Below are positions 10,848 through 28,040 of a stretch of 64,000 nucleotides of DNA, piece by piece (the first letter of the stretch is position 1; every line of letters begins with the position of its first letter). The notes under the pieces were generated by a model. That model was given only the letters and a program-made list of their open reading frames with translations. It was not told the origin of the DNA and made no database searches. The DNA is from Zygnema circumcarinatum SAG 698-1b (Eukaryota; Plantae; Zygnematophyceae). A program made the translations under genes and the position numbers. The DNA is taken from NCBI GenBank assembly GCA_037447605.1, contig CM074805.1, forward strand, positions 1,583,361 to 1,647,360, in the 5' to 3' direction.

Positions 10848-11989
10848 AAGAGCCACTGGCCACATTCTGTGAGCACATCAGTGAAGTGAGGTTGTGTGCT
10901 TTTTTTTGTTTAGGGTCTGGTTTCTGCCCCATCTGTCAGCTTGCAGATTAGCTTTCTGAATATGTTTTTTCTCCCTTTTTCAATCCTTCTTTGTCAGAGC
11001 AATGAAACGGCCGTAGTATATTTCTATTTTTCAGACATCGAAGTTGCTGACACTCGAGCGAAGAGATTAAAAGAGACGTGAAAGAGATTGACCTGTACTA
11101 TACACCAAGCCGACCAGTTTATTCTGAGAGCAGCATATAAGATCTTGCCTCTCTCTCTGATGTTTCTTCAAATGTTGAACCGACGATGATGATAGAGATC
11201 GCTGCTCCATGCATCCTTCTCCATCCTTCCTCTCACAAGCCCCCCTCCCCACCCCTTCTGTTTCCATCGAAGCGGAATGTGAGAGTTTGGCTAACCTCCA
11301 TAATGCACTCGCAAGCTCCATGCATGGGTGAACTGATTTCGCATGGAACACAAAAAAATCGGCAAGAAATATAATCAATAGGGCATATCCTTGGAGGCTG
11401 TTGTTTCGAAGCTATTGATGCATGTCTCAAACTTCAAGAATTTGACATTTTTACGAGTGATTGCAGACAGTTAGCTCAGCTAAGCTCCGGGTCAAGCTTA
11501 GAGACTCAAAACAATACGGATTTTACGGTCAGCGAAAAACTCTACTGATAAGGCTCAAGGTAAACAGACTAGAGGAAAGTCTCTGCAAGATAAATTACTT
11601 CAAAAAAACACAAGAAAACCACAGAAATATCACAGACATATAACCTATGTTAATGTCACTCAATATTGCTGAGTTCTTTTTTTAATCCCTTGGCATCTAC
11701 GACTCGCATCACACATGAAGCAAAGCGGACAAGAGATGGTCTCAAGACAAGGCCTCATTACTTGAAAGATATGTGGTCCTACACAGCAAGGAAGTCAGCG
11801 AGAATGACCCGCATGCAAACCCAAAACTGAAAATTGTTGACATATGGAGGGTTGAAAAAGGCAGGTACCTCACAACGAGCCAGAAAGTAGAGCTGTCTCA
11901 CCCCAACGCTCTTTCCTGTCTCGCCTACCCAAAGCATTCTTGAAGCGCGTTTCAAGCTATTGACTTCCCTGCCACTCAGCATTCCCCCT

Positions 11990-12262
11990 TCCGCCCTCCT
12001 CCCGCCTCCTCCTCCCTACTCCCTCCGTATTCTTCCCCTCCTTTAATGCCCTCCAGTCCTTCTCCCTCCTCTCCGTTCCACTTATGTCCCTCCCACTACC
12101 TTCCTTCCCATTCCCATTTCTCTTCACCTCTGCCTCTCCCTCCCTCGCTCCAATCTTCTCATACCCCTCTCGCTTCCTCCCACTTCTCCCTACTTCCCTC
12201 CTCCCGGCCTCTCCTCACTCCTTCCCCATCTCTCCTCTCTCCTCCCTATCCGTCTTATCCCT
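11990..12262. repeat. C/T-rich low-complexity tract (purine-rich on minus strand)
   Basis: Nearly pure C/T sequence with no perfect period. Confidence 0.85.
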
Positions 12263-12299
12263 CAAGGCATGTACAACTGTAATCCAACACTAATTCTGT

Positions 12300-12857
12300 C
12301 TCTAGCCCTAACCATCGCAATAACTTCACTTGAGCTCACGCAGTAACCCTAGCTCTCATCTAGCTACAGCGCAACCCTAACTGAACTCAGTCCTAACCCT
12401 AACTCCAGCCCACTTCTTTATCTTTATTGCTCAAATCAATTCCTACTTTTTCTTTATTAACACTAAGTCTTGACTCGAAAGGCGAGCAGTAACCTTAACC
12501 AAGCTCAGCTAGAACTCTTCATAAATCATAACCTTACCTCTTAACTCTATGCCTATCCTGACTCGAAATTAACCTAAGAAAATACTGTAACCTTAATCCT
12601 ACTCCTAACCCTAACCCTAGTGCCAACCCCACACCTAGCCCTAACCCTAACCCTAACATTAACCCTGACTCTAACCCTAATCCTAACCCTAGACTTAACC
12701 CTAACCCTAATCCTAACTCTTAACTTCTATTCCTAACCCAAACCCTAACCCTTCCCTAATCCTAATCCTAACCCTAACCCTAACTACTCACCCTAACCCT
12801 AACCCGACATACTAACCCTAACCCTAACCCTACTACTCACCCCAACCCTAACCCTAA
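12300..12857 (-). repeat. Interstitial telomeric array (TTAGGG on minus strand), degenerating leftwards
   Basis: CCCTAA units are near-perfect at ~12600-12857 and increasingly diverged toward 12300. Confidence 0.9.
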
Positions 12858-12859
12858 TC

Positions 12860-14250
12860 GTACTGCAATCGTACCGTGGTCCTCGTCCCTCCCTTCCCTC
12901 CGCCCCGCGCCCGTCCCCGGTCCCCGCCATCCCCCGCCCTGCCCTCCCGCCGCCCATGTGAGTCGCGGCCTCTCCCCAGCGCCCACGCGGCGCGTTCGTT
13001 CGCGCAGAATCCGGCGGCCGCCGTCCGTCCGTCCGTCGGCCCTCCCTCGCTCCCTCCGCGGCCGCCAAGTGGCGCTCGCTCTGCGCTCGGCGCGGCGGTT
13101 GCAACGACCGCAGAGCGCATCATTGCGCCAGCTGTCCGACTAACGACCGGGGGGGCACCGCCAGCTGGCGCCAGCTGGAAGGTGCCTCCGCCAGGGCCCC
13201 CGCGCAGCGCCTTGGCGCCCTGCCGTGGCTCCGCGCGTAGCCGACACGGATGCCAGCTGGCGACCGGACAGTGGCGCGCCGCCGGCCGGACCGCCCGCCG
13301 GTCAAAAGTGGAAAGTCCCCTCCTGCCGGCCGGTGCCACGGTGACGTGGCACCCCACAATCATCACTCACGCCAGTGCGGCTCTGGGCGGCCACCAGCCG
13401 CCATACCTTGCGACAAATTTTAGAAGCGACAAACTGCCAACGGCCGCGAACGTCGCCAAATTAGTGGCACCCACTTGGCTGAATGTTCCGCGAGAAATCT
13501 CGAAGAGGCGCTGACAGCTGTTTCAACGTACGAACATGTAATACGACAGAAATAAATACGGACGAAAAATCAGCACCGACATGCGGCCAAGCAATGCTGT
13601 ACCCGGAATTTGTCGCCGCGTGCGCAGCATCCGGCGGCTGTCGGCTCGCCTTCGGAAATTTTCTCGCGGCGCCGCCCGCCCGGGGCCAAGGGCCGGGAGA
13701 TGGGTCTGCCACGTGGCGAACAGTCGCCCGCCTCCTTTGTCCGCGCGCGGGGGCGGCTCCGCCTCGCGACGACAAACCCGTATTTGTCGTGTCCGCAGAT
13801 CGCCGATCAGCGCCCTTGGACGTGCGCAATCGAATCGCAAAGCGGCCCGCCGTACGGACGGGCGGCTCCCGCTGTCGCACGTGTCCGACAAGTAGCGTGT
13901 CGGCACGCGGCGACAGAGCGTAACGGCCGGCCGCGTAATCATTGGCTCCCGGCCGTTACGCGCGGCCGGCAGTTACGCGAATCCCGGCCAGCCCAACCGC
14001 CGCTCTCCGTAATGGCGCCGTACGGTGTACGGCGGCGGGCGGCGCAGCCGCTTGGCGCCGCTCCGCTCCGCGCGGTTGCAGTACAGCACGTGCGGCGGCA
14101 GGGGAGCGGCGCGCAGCGGTCGCGGATTAGGGCTAAGCGGCGGAGATTAACCGCGGACGCCCGCATGCATCGGCGGCCCACGGCGCCATTCATCCATCCA
14201 TGCATCCATGGCACGGCGAGGCGAGGCGAGGCGAACATGGCCGCGGACTA
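12860..14250. promoter_or_regulatory. GC/CpG-rich island with CGTACG motifs, G-boxes and short palindromes; probable promoter
   Basis: Composition matches the islands upstream of identified genes. Contains GTGCCACG-GTGA-CGTGGCAC (~13332-13351), GCCACGTGGC (~13708) and CCGTACGG (~13850, ~14018). Confidence 0.45.
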
Positions 14251-14624
14251 TGCATGAATTGGCGGGCACAGAAAACGGAGGCGCAGAAAATGGGCGATAC
14301 AGAGACGAAGATTGCACCAACATGGCATATCGTGGAAGGTTTGATGTTGAATTTGTTAAACAAAGTATGAAGTATGTAACATGTACATAGAAGCGCTTGC
14401 AGGCTATGCCCCGCAGAGCAAGAATGAGGGGCAGGAGCATCGTCGAACCACCTTTAAATAATGGAGAAGCCAGTACTAGCTCTCTAACCTAACGCTACGA
14501 AGGCTTCGTCTATCTGCCAGGAAAGAAGGTATCTCATCTCCTAAGTAAAAAATTACATTTTGGGCAAAATCGCTGAGGGTGCTAAGGGAAGATCCTCTTC
14601 CTCTTCCTCCCACAGTCCCTCGCA

Positions 14625-17600
14625 CTACCTCGGCACCCCCCCCAGGGCGTGCGCTTGATCCCTCGTGCCGTCCGAGCGCTGCTTGATCGCCTGCACATGC
14701 ACACGCATGCACATCCTTAAGGGGCAAGCTCGGAGGGAAGGAACCACCAAGAACACACTCAAGAAAGTGCTCTCTCGCCAACTTCAAGTGGCCACCAAAA
14801 ATTACAAAGGAATGTGACTGTCATGGGAATGCAAGCGGAGACAAGACAAGACAAGACAAGACAAGGCGCACCTCCATGCTGAGCATGACGCTTGCGAGGC
14901 ACTTGAGGCGGCGATGAGGCCACCGCGAGAGCCCCAAATCGCGACACCTCCTCTTCAGCAGCGTGGCCCCCACCCCGAGCTGCTTGGCAGCTTCGTTGAT
15001 CGGCATGGTGAAGTACTGCGCGGACAAAAACAGCAAACACATCCATCAAATTCGCACTCTGAATTGGTTTACAAACGAGAGCGAGTAAGGAGCCTGCGAA
15101 TAGAATGGAACATAGAGCTTACTAAACAAGTTGAGAGACCGACCGGCGTCTCACCTCAGACAGGTCCCGCAGAGTCATGGCCGCCAAACGGCCACTCGCA
15201 GTTTTCGGCCCACTATGTGTCGACCCCTCCATCTTGACGGGCTTCTTCGACCAGGCGATGCTTCCTAGAAGCTCCTGATGCAGCCCGGGGGGGATGGTGG
15301 CCTTCAGCTCGTTCCAAAGCGAGCTCGTCGACGCCATGGCGCTGCTATCGCTCCCCTTCAATGGCGACGGGGAGTGCGCGTCAGGAACATCCGCCATACC
15401 CGCCCCATCCGAGCCAATCTGTATGGGAGGGGGGTTCTCAGACATGGCCCCGCCGCTCTCTGTACAGTTGAAGGTGAAGTCGTTGGACCCTGACCTCGAC
15501 CTCGTTCCGCTTGCCGATGTATAGCGCGAGTGCGGTACAGCCCTCCCTGCGGCCGCCATGGATGCCAACCCCGGGAGACTCTCCTCCTTCGCCATGCTCT
15601 CCGCCACGACGTGCGCGGCGAGAGCGCGCAGCTGCTCAAGGATCAGACCGGAGTTCTCGCTTCCCGAAAGGAGGAGATTCTCCGCAGTCGCACCTTCATC
15701 ACGTGAGGGGTCCCGCTGCTCGCTCGTCTGCTCGCACGTGTGGCTGAGGGCAGCCATGGCGGAGGAGGTGAAGTTGGAGGAGGAGATCACGTCTGTCCCC
15801 GATAGGCCGGGCATTTTGCTCCAATGGGAGGGCTCCGCTTGCTGCCATAGCTGCTGACTCCTCTCTGAAGGGAAGGAGGAGCCCTGCGCCCTCCTGCTCT
15901 GTGCGAGCATGTCCGCCCACTCAGGCATGCTTCCGCAGTCGGCCTCTGCCTCTACTCCGGAAGCCGACAAGGGGCAGCCCGAGCAGCCCTCACAGAGAAG
16001 GTGCTCGCACACCGCAGAGAGAAGGTCGGGCCCGGTTTGGGAGAGATTGGGGGCTCTGGAAGCGGAGTCGAGAGAGGCGAGGTCGAACTGGGAGCGCATC
16101 GCCACGCTGTCACAGGAGGTGGAAGGGGCGGAGGAAAGGCTGCGGAGGAAGGTTGCTTCGAGTGGGCTCATGTTCCCATCTGGTTGCTGGGGAGGGAGAG
16201 GAGGGGGGTCCATGGCTGCTGCGGCGGAGGGCTCGCTGCTGCTGGAACCCCAACATCCTGTTTGGTCCTCACGGCTCTCATGGAACCAACGGGGCTTCTT
16301 TCCCCTCCCGGAGGAAGCCCATTCAAGGACCTGCTGAAGGGTGTTGGCGGAGCCTTCGTGATGGATGTCGTCGGAGGGTTGGGAGGGAGAGATGCTGGAG
16401 AGGAGTTGGCTTGTGGAACTCAAGCAAGAGAGAGCGTTGTTGTTCATTTCCTGCAAACAAGCCACAACCCATGTCAGCATGTGCATGTTAGGAACGTGGT
16501 ACAACACGGGACAACGGTAAAGTACATAGAAAACAAACACATATTCTTGCCTCAAACGTACCTTGAAGGAGAGATGGTCCTGGAAACCGAGTCCGCTGGA
16601 ATCCGCCACGTCCGGCTGAAAGTTCCTCGCCAAAACCTTGGTAGCTTCAAAACCAGGCCCAAGGTTGGCTTTCGACTTTTGCAACCCCAGGACCGCTGCC
16701 AGCGTTTGCTCACTTCCGGATGCCACGTGGCTAACTGACGACGTGGCACGTGTCGTTCCTTGGTTCGTCTCAAAGCGCTCGCCCCAACCTTGCGGCTTGT
16801 TGAAGGATATGGTGTCGGCAGCAGCAGCGTCCCGTTCCTCCCCGTCCTGCCCGTGAAGGAGCTCGTACTCTTTCAGCCGCACTGCGTACTCCACAAGCGC
16901 GAGATCCCGAGCGAGCAGAGGCACACTGTACAGGGACGGATTCCTGCACCACGTTCAAATCGCCGCGAAAAAAAACTTCAATCGACCGATGCGAAAGCGT
17001 CCACCTTCCCTACGACCCAAAAGGGCTGCAAATCGAAAGCTTGGAGGGGAGAGCGAGAGAGAGAGCGCGCGAGAGAGAGAGAGAGAGCGGGTCTGTCCGT
17101 ACTGTGAGAGGGAGAGCATGGGAGGCACCGCCATCTGCATGGGCCGATTGTTGCGGTATTCGAGCACGAGCTCGCAGCCGTCGCTGATGTGAAGGCGCGC
17201 GAGCAGCGCTGCGAAGTCGAGGCCCTCCGCGAGGGAGGCGAAGGCCTCCGGCGCCGACACGGAGAGCGGCGTGCAGGCCGCGCCGCGCAGCAGGAACTCG
17301 ACCGTCCGCACGTGCACGCGCCGCGCCTCCTCGTGCACGTGCACGCTCCGCCACCGCCCTGCTCACACCCGCCGGCCGGGCCCGTCAGAAGGGAGGCCAG
17401 GGGAGGAATGGGGATGCGCATGCATTGCATGAGTAGGGGATGGTGGGCATGTTGGTGTTGAACAACACGGGAGGGTTAGAGTTTGGGTCATGGTTAAGGG
17501 GAGGGATTGCGTGAGAAGAGGGTGGTGAGCTAGGAAAAGGGTGGGTTAAGGTGAGGAGCGTCTAGGATGGATGTATGGCAATGAAGGGAGCCAAGGAAGA

Positions 17601-18237
17601 AAGGAAGGAGTTCCAACCTAGTCCACTAGTCGTTCTATATAGGAAGCCATGGCTACCTATGGGAAGGTTTCCTAACACTACAGGGTCACTACAAGTAGGG
17701 TGAGCCTATGAAAGGATTGGTCTTGCCGCTCAAAATCTTCCTCAACCCAATGGACTTCCAACATGTTTGCAATCCACAACACATGCTTCACCTCCTCCGA
17801 GGAGGATTCATCCACTCCAAGTAACCTAACCTAGGGAAGGGAACTGTGTCCACTGGGAAGTCTTAAATTCTCCATTTTGGATCCAGCTATTCAACGAGAG
17901 CTACAGTCAGGCCCTTCGGAAAAGAGCGCTGTCAGCTAGTGAGCCGCCATGGCTCCTGCCTTTATGAAGGGGAGTCTTCTACTTGACTCGGAAGCCAAGG
18001 TTCCTCTATCAGGCAGGTCCATGTCTGAGTCTGAATGACCTCCAAGCTCCGGCGGAGCTGCGAGCTCCCTTCCCCCTAGAGCTAACCCTGCACCCAAGCA
18101 GCCGGAGCTCCTCCCTATCCGCCATGGATACCCTAACTAGAAGCATCCTGAGCTAGCTTCGCACCTGCAGCGTTCAGGCTCTTGAGCACGAAGAGCGCGC
18201 AGAAGGTCCGCGAGCCCGGCTGGAACAGGGCCGCCAT
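14625..18237 (-). CDS. RKD: RWP-RK domain transcription factor, RKD-like (~732 aa; 3' end uncertain)
   Basis: Exons 18237-18165, 17358-17103, 16925-16562, 16450-15155, 15015-14872, 14690-14625 are phase-consistent. The RWP-RK domain reads [48 protein letters not shown]. The N-terminus has [24 protein letters not shown]. No PB1 or GAF domain seen, so not NLP. Confidence 0.85.
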
Positions 18238-20401
18238 GGCCAGCTGGCAAGCGCTGGCACCCTCAAGCCCTAAGTCAGCGAAGCGTCCTGAGATCGCGCC
18301 AGCTGTCAGGGGGCGCGCCCAGCTGTCCCGCTCTCCCTCCCTCTCTCTCTCTCCCTCCCTCCCTCCCTCCCCCTCTCCCGCTTCCTCCCCCAGTCGCCCT
18401 CCCCCGCGCGCCGCGCCGATCCTTTATCGGAGCAGGCCGCGGCATTACTTCCCCTTCCGTACCTTCTGTACGAATTGTGTACGAAGAACGCGGGCCGGCC
18501 AATCGGATCCCTCCCCCGCGCGTCAGCCTGTACGGTCGGCCGTACGCATCCGTTGGTCGGGCCGTGGCCGCCCACAGCCGTCGGATTGGCGCCGCGTGGC
18601 GTGGCGGCCCGCGATCGACGGCGGGGGCCGCGTCCCAGGGGCCGCCCGCGCGGGACCAAAGCGGCGGGCGCGGTCAAAGGTTGCGCCGGTCTCCGCGGGC
18701 GGGCGGGCGGCAGGGGCCCCGGCCAGCTGGCGCAGACGGGCCCCCCATGGACCGCTTGTCGCATGCGCCGGCCGCGACGGCGAGGTCGGCGTGCCGACAA
18801 AAAATATGAAAATGTACGGTTGGGCGAGGGGGGCGGGCAGTGGGCACCGGCGGGGGCGGGCGGGCGGCGGCAAGTGGGGGGAGGGGGGTGACGTGGCGGG
18901 GGCGCGTGGAAGGCCGTACGGACGGCGTTAATGCGCTTCCATTACGGGCGCGGGCGGGGCCGTACGCTTGCTCCCACTTTCGAGGAGCGGGCAGCACCCA
19001 CAGATTGATCCGTACGTCTGTACGGACAGATGCCGCCGACGGGGGCTTGAGAATCGAGACGTTTGAAAAAAGCGGCGACGGGGGGTGTACATGTGACGCA
19101 GTTGGGAGACCCATTGAACGGTAGGAACCAGCACACAGAACGGACCGTTGGAAGCGTACGGATGGCCGGGCGGAGTGGGGCGGCTGGTGCCCCAAGGGGA
19201 CCGGGTCGGTCCCCAGTCCCCCCCACTCCCCCCGGGGCGCCCAATATTAGGAGGGGAAGGCGGGATTCGTCCCTGGCTCGGGGACGTTGGCGCGGAGATC
19301 GGATCGAACGGCTGGCGCTGCGAACGTCTTGTTCACACGCAGAAATCATCTTCTAAAAAAATAATCATGGCAGAAGGGAAAACTAGGTTTCCTTCAGACC
19401 ATGTCGAGTGAGAAAGTTCAACTTCAAAAAGTGGCTCCGGCCAAGGCGGCACAAGTTCAAAATGGTGGCTTGGCTCTGAGAAACTCGTTAGATGTCGAGC
19501 TTGAATTCCCATGCATGCATAGAAACCTTTTTTTTCTGCAGCCTTATGTGTCCGATCTCATGGTCCACACCTTAAACTATGGTGGGACGCCATCTGTGAC
19601 TTCCAATGTTTCATATCTACATGCTTATGTAAGTGTCAAAATGGCACCTGGTGACATGCCAATTCGGCGACTGCCACCAAAAGTGTGCTTGCCATTGCTC
19701 ACTTTTTGAAGCAACGCTTTCATCCGTAAAACTTTAAATCAAAACAAAAACGCTTCAGAAGCAAAATTTCCAGGAAGTTGCCTCCCACAAAGCCCGCACT
19801 CACGCCCGGTACGCGGAGAGGAGTTGCGGCGGTCCCGAGCGGTGGACTTTTCGTTCCCCGAGAAGTGCGGGCCATGACGCTGATCATTGCATGCGCCGGC
19901 GATCAATGCGCGCTTGCATGCGCCATCATGCGCGCCGTGTGGCGCCACCTGCGCACTCAACCGCGCCCACTGGCGCGGCGACCGAACCGACGGTTGCCGC
20001 CGGTCCAAATGATTGCCGCCGGCAGCCGTTGGGGGAGGCTGCCCGAGAGTGGGCTGCCCTCCCACCCGGCGGTTGGCGGTTGGCCGTTGGCCGTTGGCCG
20101 GGCGGCCAGGCGCCTCTCTGTACGGTGGGAAACTGATCTTTACGGATTTCCACGCTGTCGCAGCATGGAACCAATGGAGGCACAACCGTCCTTCGAAAAC
20201 GACAAAAATATCACAGAATCTACTCCAAAATATCGCATGGAACCCGACGGTTGCTGCCCTGGTTCTCATATCCGTACGTCAATGTACGAAAACGTACGGT
20301 TCGTACATGAATATGTACGGGTGGACGGAGGCATTCATGCCCGGAGCCGCGGCAGTGGTTTCCCTCTCCCTCTCCCTCTCCCTCTTCCCGGCAGGGGAGC
20401 C

Positions 20402-21451
20402 ATGGAGGCCATGGCGGCGGGCGGGGGGGAGGCGCGCGTGTGGCCGGGTCTGGAGAAGTTCAGCGCGGTGCAGGCGCTGCTGGAGCAGAACCGCCTGCTG
20501 CTCGCCGAGATCAACCGCAACCACGACGCGCGCCTGCCGGAGGGCCTCGCGCGCAACGTGGCGCTCATCTGCGAGCTCAACCAGAACGTGGGCAAGGTCA
20601 GCCACTGCGCGTGAGGGCCTGCCTGTGGTTGGAGGGCGTGTCTGCGGATTTTCACGGGGATGAGCTATAGGGAGGAGTTGCGGGCGGGAAGTAGAGGAGG
20701 AGAGTTAGGGCTAGGGTTAGGGTTAGGGTTAGGGTTAGGGTTAGGGTTAGGGTTAGGGTTAGGGTTAGGGTTACAAGAGGATTAGATAATAAGTAGGGTT
20801 ATTACAGGAGTAGAGTTACTATTGGAGTTAGGGCGAGGGTTATGGTTACAGCATTAGAGTTAGGGTCAAGCTAGGATTAGGATTATTACAGGATAACCAT
20901 TATGTTTGGAGTTAGGGTTAGGGTTAACGCGGGATTAGAGTTAAGGTCAGGCTAGGATTAGGGTTGCTACAGGATTAAAAGTTAGAGTTGGATTTTATCT
21001 TAGGGTTAGGGTTAAGTTAGGAGTTAAGGGTTAGGTTTAGGTTAAGGGTCAGGTTTCGGCTAGGTCTAGGTCAAATTTGCATGTCATTTTTTTTCCTGAT
21101 TGTTGTCTTCGCGGTGTTACCAGATAGTTTGCCAGTGCAAGCATGGTGAAGGAGTTATCTGTGTTTAGTCAGCTGTGCTGGGACCTGACGGATTAGATAG
21201 CGACACTGCAGAGTATACTGCTGTCAAGCGCTTGATGGCAGGGCTGAAGCGCGGAGTATTAGGAGAGCTATTTTCTAACGGACTTCCTTCACTTTCAATT
21301 CAAGGGCATCCAGTAGATTCCTTTGTCAGTTCACATCTGGAATGGTGTTAACAAACCTGCTGCTTCGCACGATTGAATTCAGGTGGTGGAACTGTACGGT
21401 GATATTTCAAAATCCTTTATAAAGGCGTTCGGAAGCAGTAGCCAGCAGTGA
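20402..21451 (+). CDS. ELF4: EARLY FLOWERING 4-like (DUF1313) circadian clock protein, 87 aa
   Basis: Exons 20402-20596 and 21383-21451: FSAVQALLEQNRLLLAEINRNHDARLPEGLARNVALICELNQNVGK/VVELYGDISKSF, matching the ELF4 consensus QNRLLI.EINQNH...L.RNV.LIRELN.NI..VV.LY.DLS. Confidence 0.92.
20704..21070 (+). repeat. Interstitial telomeric array inside the ELF4 intron
   Basis: Nine perfect TTAGGG copies at 20717-20770, then degenerate TTAGGG/TTAGGA/TTAGAG units to ~21070. Confidence 0.92.
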
Positions 21452-22586
21452 AGGAGGATTCAGTCACGTGACCGGTGATTGCTTAGTTCTCGCCCTCCTA
21501 GACCGGCTGGGAGTGAGTGGTTCGGAATGCGTCACTGAACAGGGGTCCTTGAAGTTGATGAAGGCTCGCCTGTGCAAACTTTGAGCGTTTTGGTCTGATT
21601 TCACGAACGCAGGATAGTGTGCGTCAGTGTATAGCCGAGAATTTCTTTCCGTTTTTCCACGTATGAGTAGTCCACAACGCATTTCGTCGCACATTGCTTA
21701 TCTATCGGATATGGCAAACTAGATAGCCTTGCGTCTCGTAGTACGCAGTACGGTTAGTGATTAGTCAGGTTAGCATAGTGCTGGACACGTAGCCGCACAG
21801 GAAGGCTTTTGATGCAAGCGCTTGTCTGGCACAGTGAGACGAGAGAGGAGCAAGCCATCTCTGGATCATAGAGCTGAGTCACGTCGCACTTAGTCAGGTT
21901 TTGGCATCGCCTTGTTGGCTGCACTAAAGCTGCTGCCCTCCCGTCCTGGCGGACATTGCATTCAAGTCCCTTGTTTCAAAAGACGCTGTATAGATAAGAA
22001 CTTTAACCCTGACTCGTCAGGAAAGAGACTACGTGCGTCTTGGGTTGGAAGTCAACCGGTAGAAGCACCCATCATATATAGTCATAGGGTACGACGACTT
22101 CCTTTTTAGGTAGTTGTTCTCTTCTACTGGTTAATGCTGGGAAAAAAGCAAACTCGGATTCTCGATGTGCAATTCCGAGACTTCAGTCGTAGAAAGCCAC
22201 AAACTGTATAGCTTTCAAAAAGTGTGCAATAACATAACGGAGCGTTATGTAGTATGTAGCGTCAATTCCCAAGGACCACACGCACAGTTTGACCAATGGC
22301 CATTATCTCGCCACACCATAACCCAGCTTCCACGACCTCGCTTGTTCAGTTTATTACCGAAGAAAAGAAATGTATAACTGAAACATCGCTACATTGCATG
22401 TCACTACAAAATGCCCTTCGTAGCAGGCAGTCTGCAAGGTGCCCAGGCCATAGCCACGGCCGTTCCATGGTGCGGCTTCACAGCGCTCTCAGTCCTACAC
22501 GGCCTCCGTCAGACGGGAACTAAAACAGAACGGCCCCACTTACCCACCGCTGTGAGGGAGGCGGTGGGACCCACCCCCCTCAGCTC

Positions 22587-27799
<5,213 letters not shown>

Positions 27800-27879
27800 G
27801 GCTGCCCTCTCCTCCCTCCTGCAGGGCACCCGCTGGCCCTTGCTCTTTCATGGGTCGCAAGGGCGGAAAAAGGTCACCA

Positions 27880-28040
27880 AATCAATGGCGCCGTTGCAAT
27901 AGCAACCTTTGGCGATGGCTGCCAACCAATGGTTGCTAGCATTTTTTGCCGTTGTTTGCCAATGGTTGTCAACCACTGACCAAGCCAAACGTTGGCAATC
28001 CATCTTGGCAGTGTTTTGCAGATCCAATGGTTGGACCTGT
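27880..28040. repeat. Second copy of the CCAATGGTTG palindromic repeat family, just upstream of the UBA5 start
   Basis: ACCAATGGTTGC, GCCAATGGTTGTC and TCCAATGGTTGG units. TTGTTTGCCAATGG (~27953-27966) is the exact reverse complement of CCATTGGCAAACAA (~9432-9445) in the WRKY intron. Confidence 0.65.

Noticed and set aside
12799-14257. Many overlapping Arg/Pro/Ala-rich ORFs of 100-215 aa; similar clusters at 18182-19356, 19739-20663 and 56545-58196
   Set aside because: Stop-poor GC-rich promoter islands with no domain motifs or coherent splice structure.
17460-18160. CpG-poor sequence rich in CCATGG/AGCT/CTAG in RKD intron 1
   Set aside because: Possibly an old TE remnant, but no termini, ORF or second copy is visible.
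19401-19709. 102-aa ORF between the RKD and ELF4 promoters
   Set aside because: No recognisable motif, splice context or TIRs.
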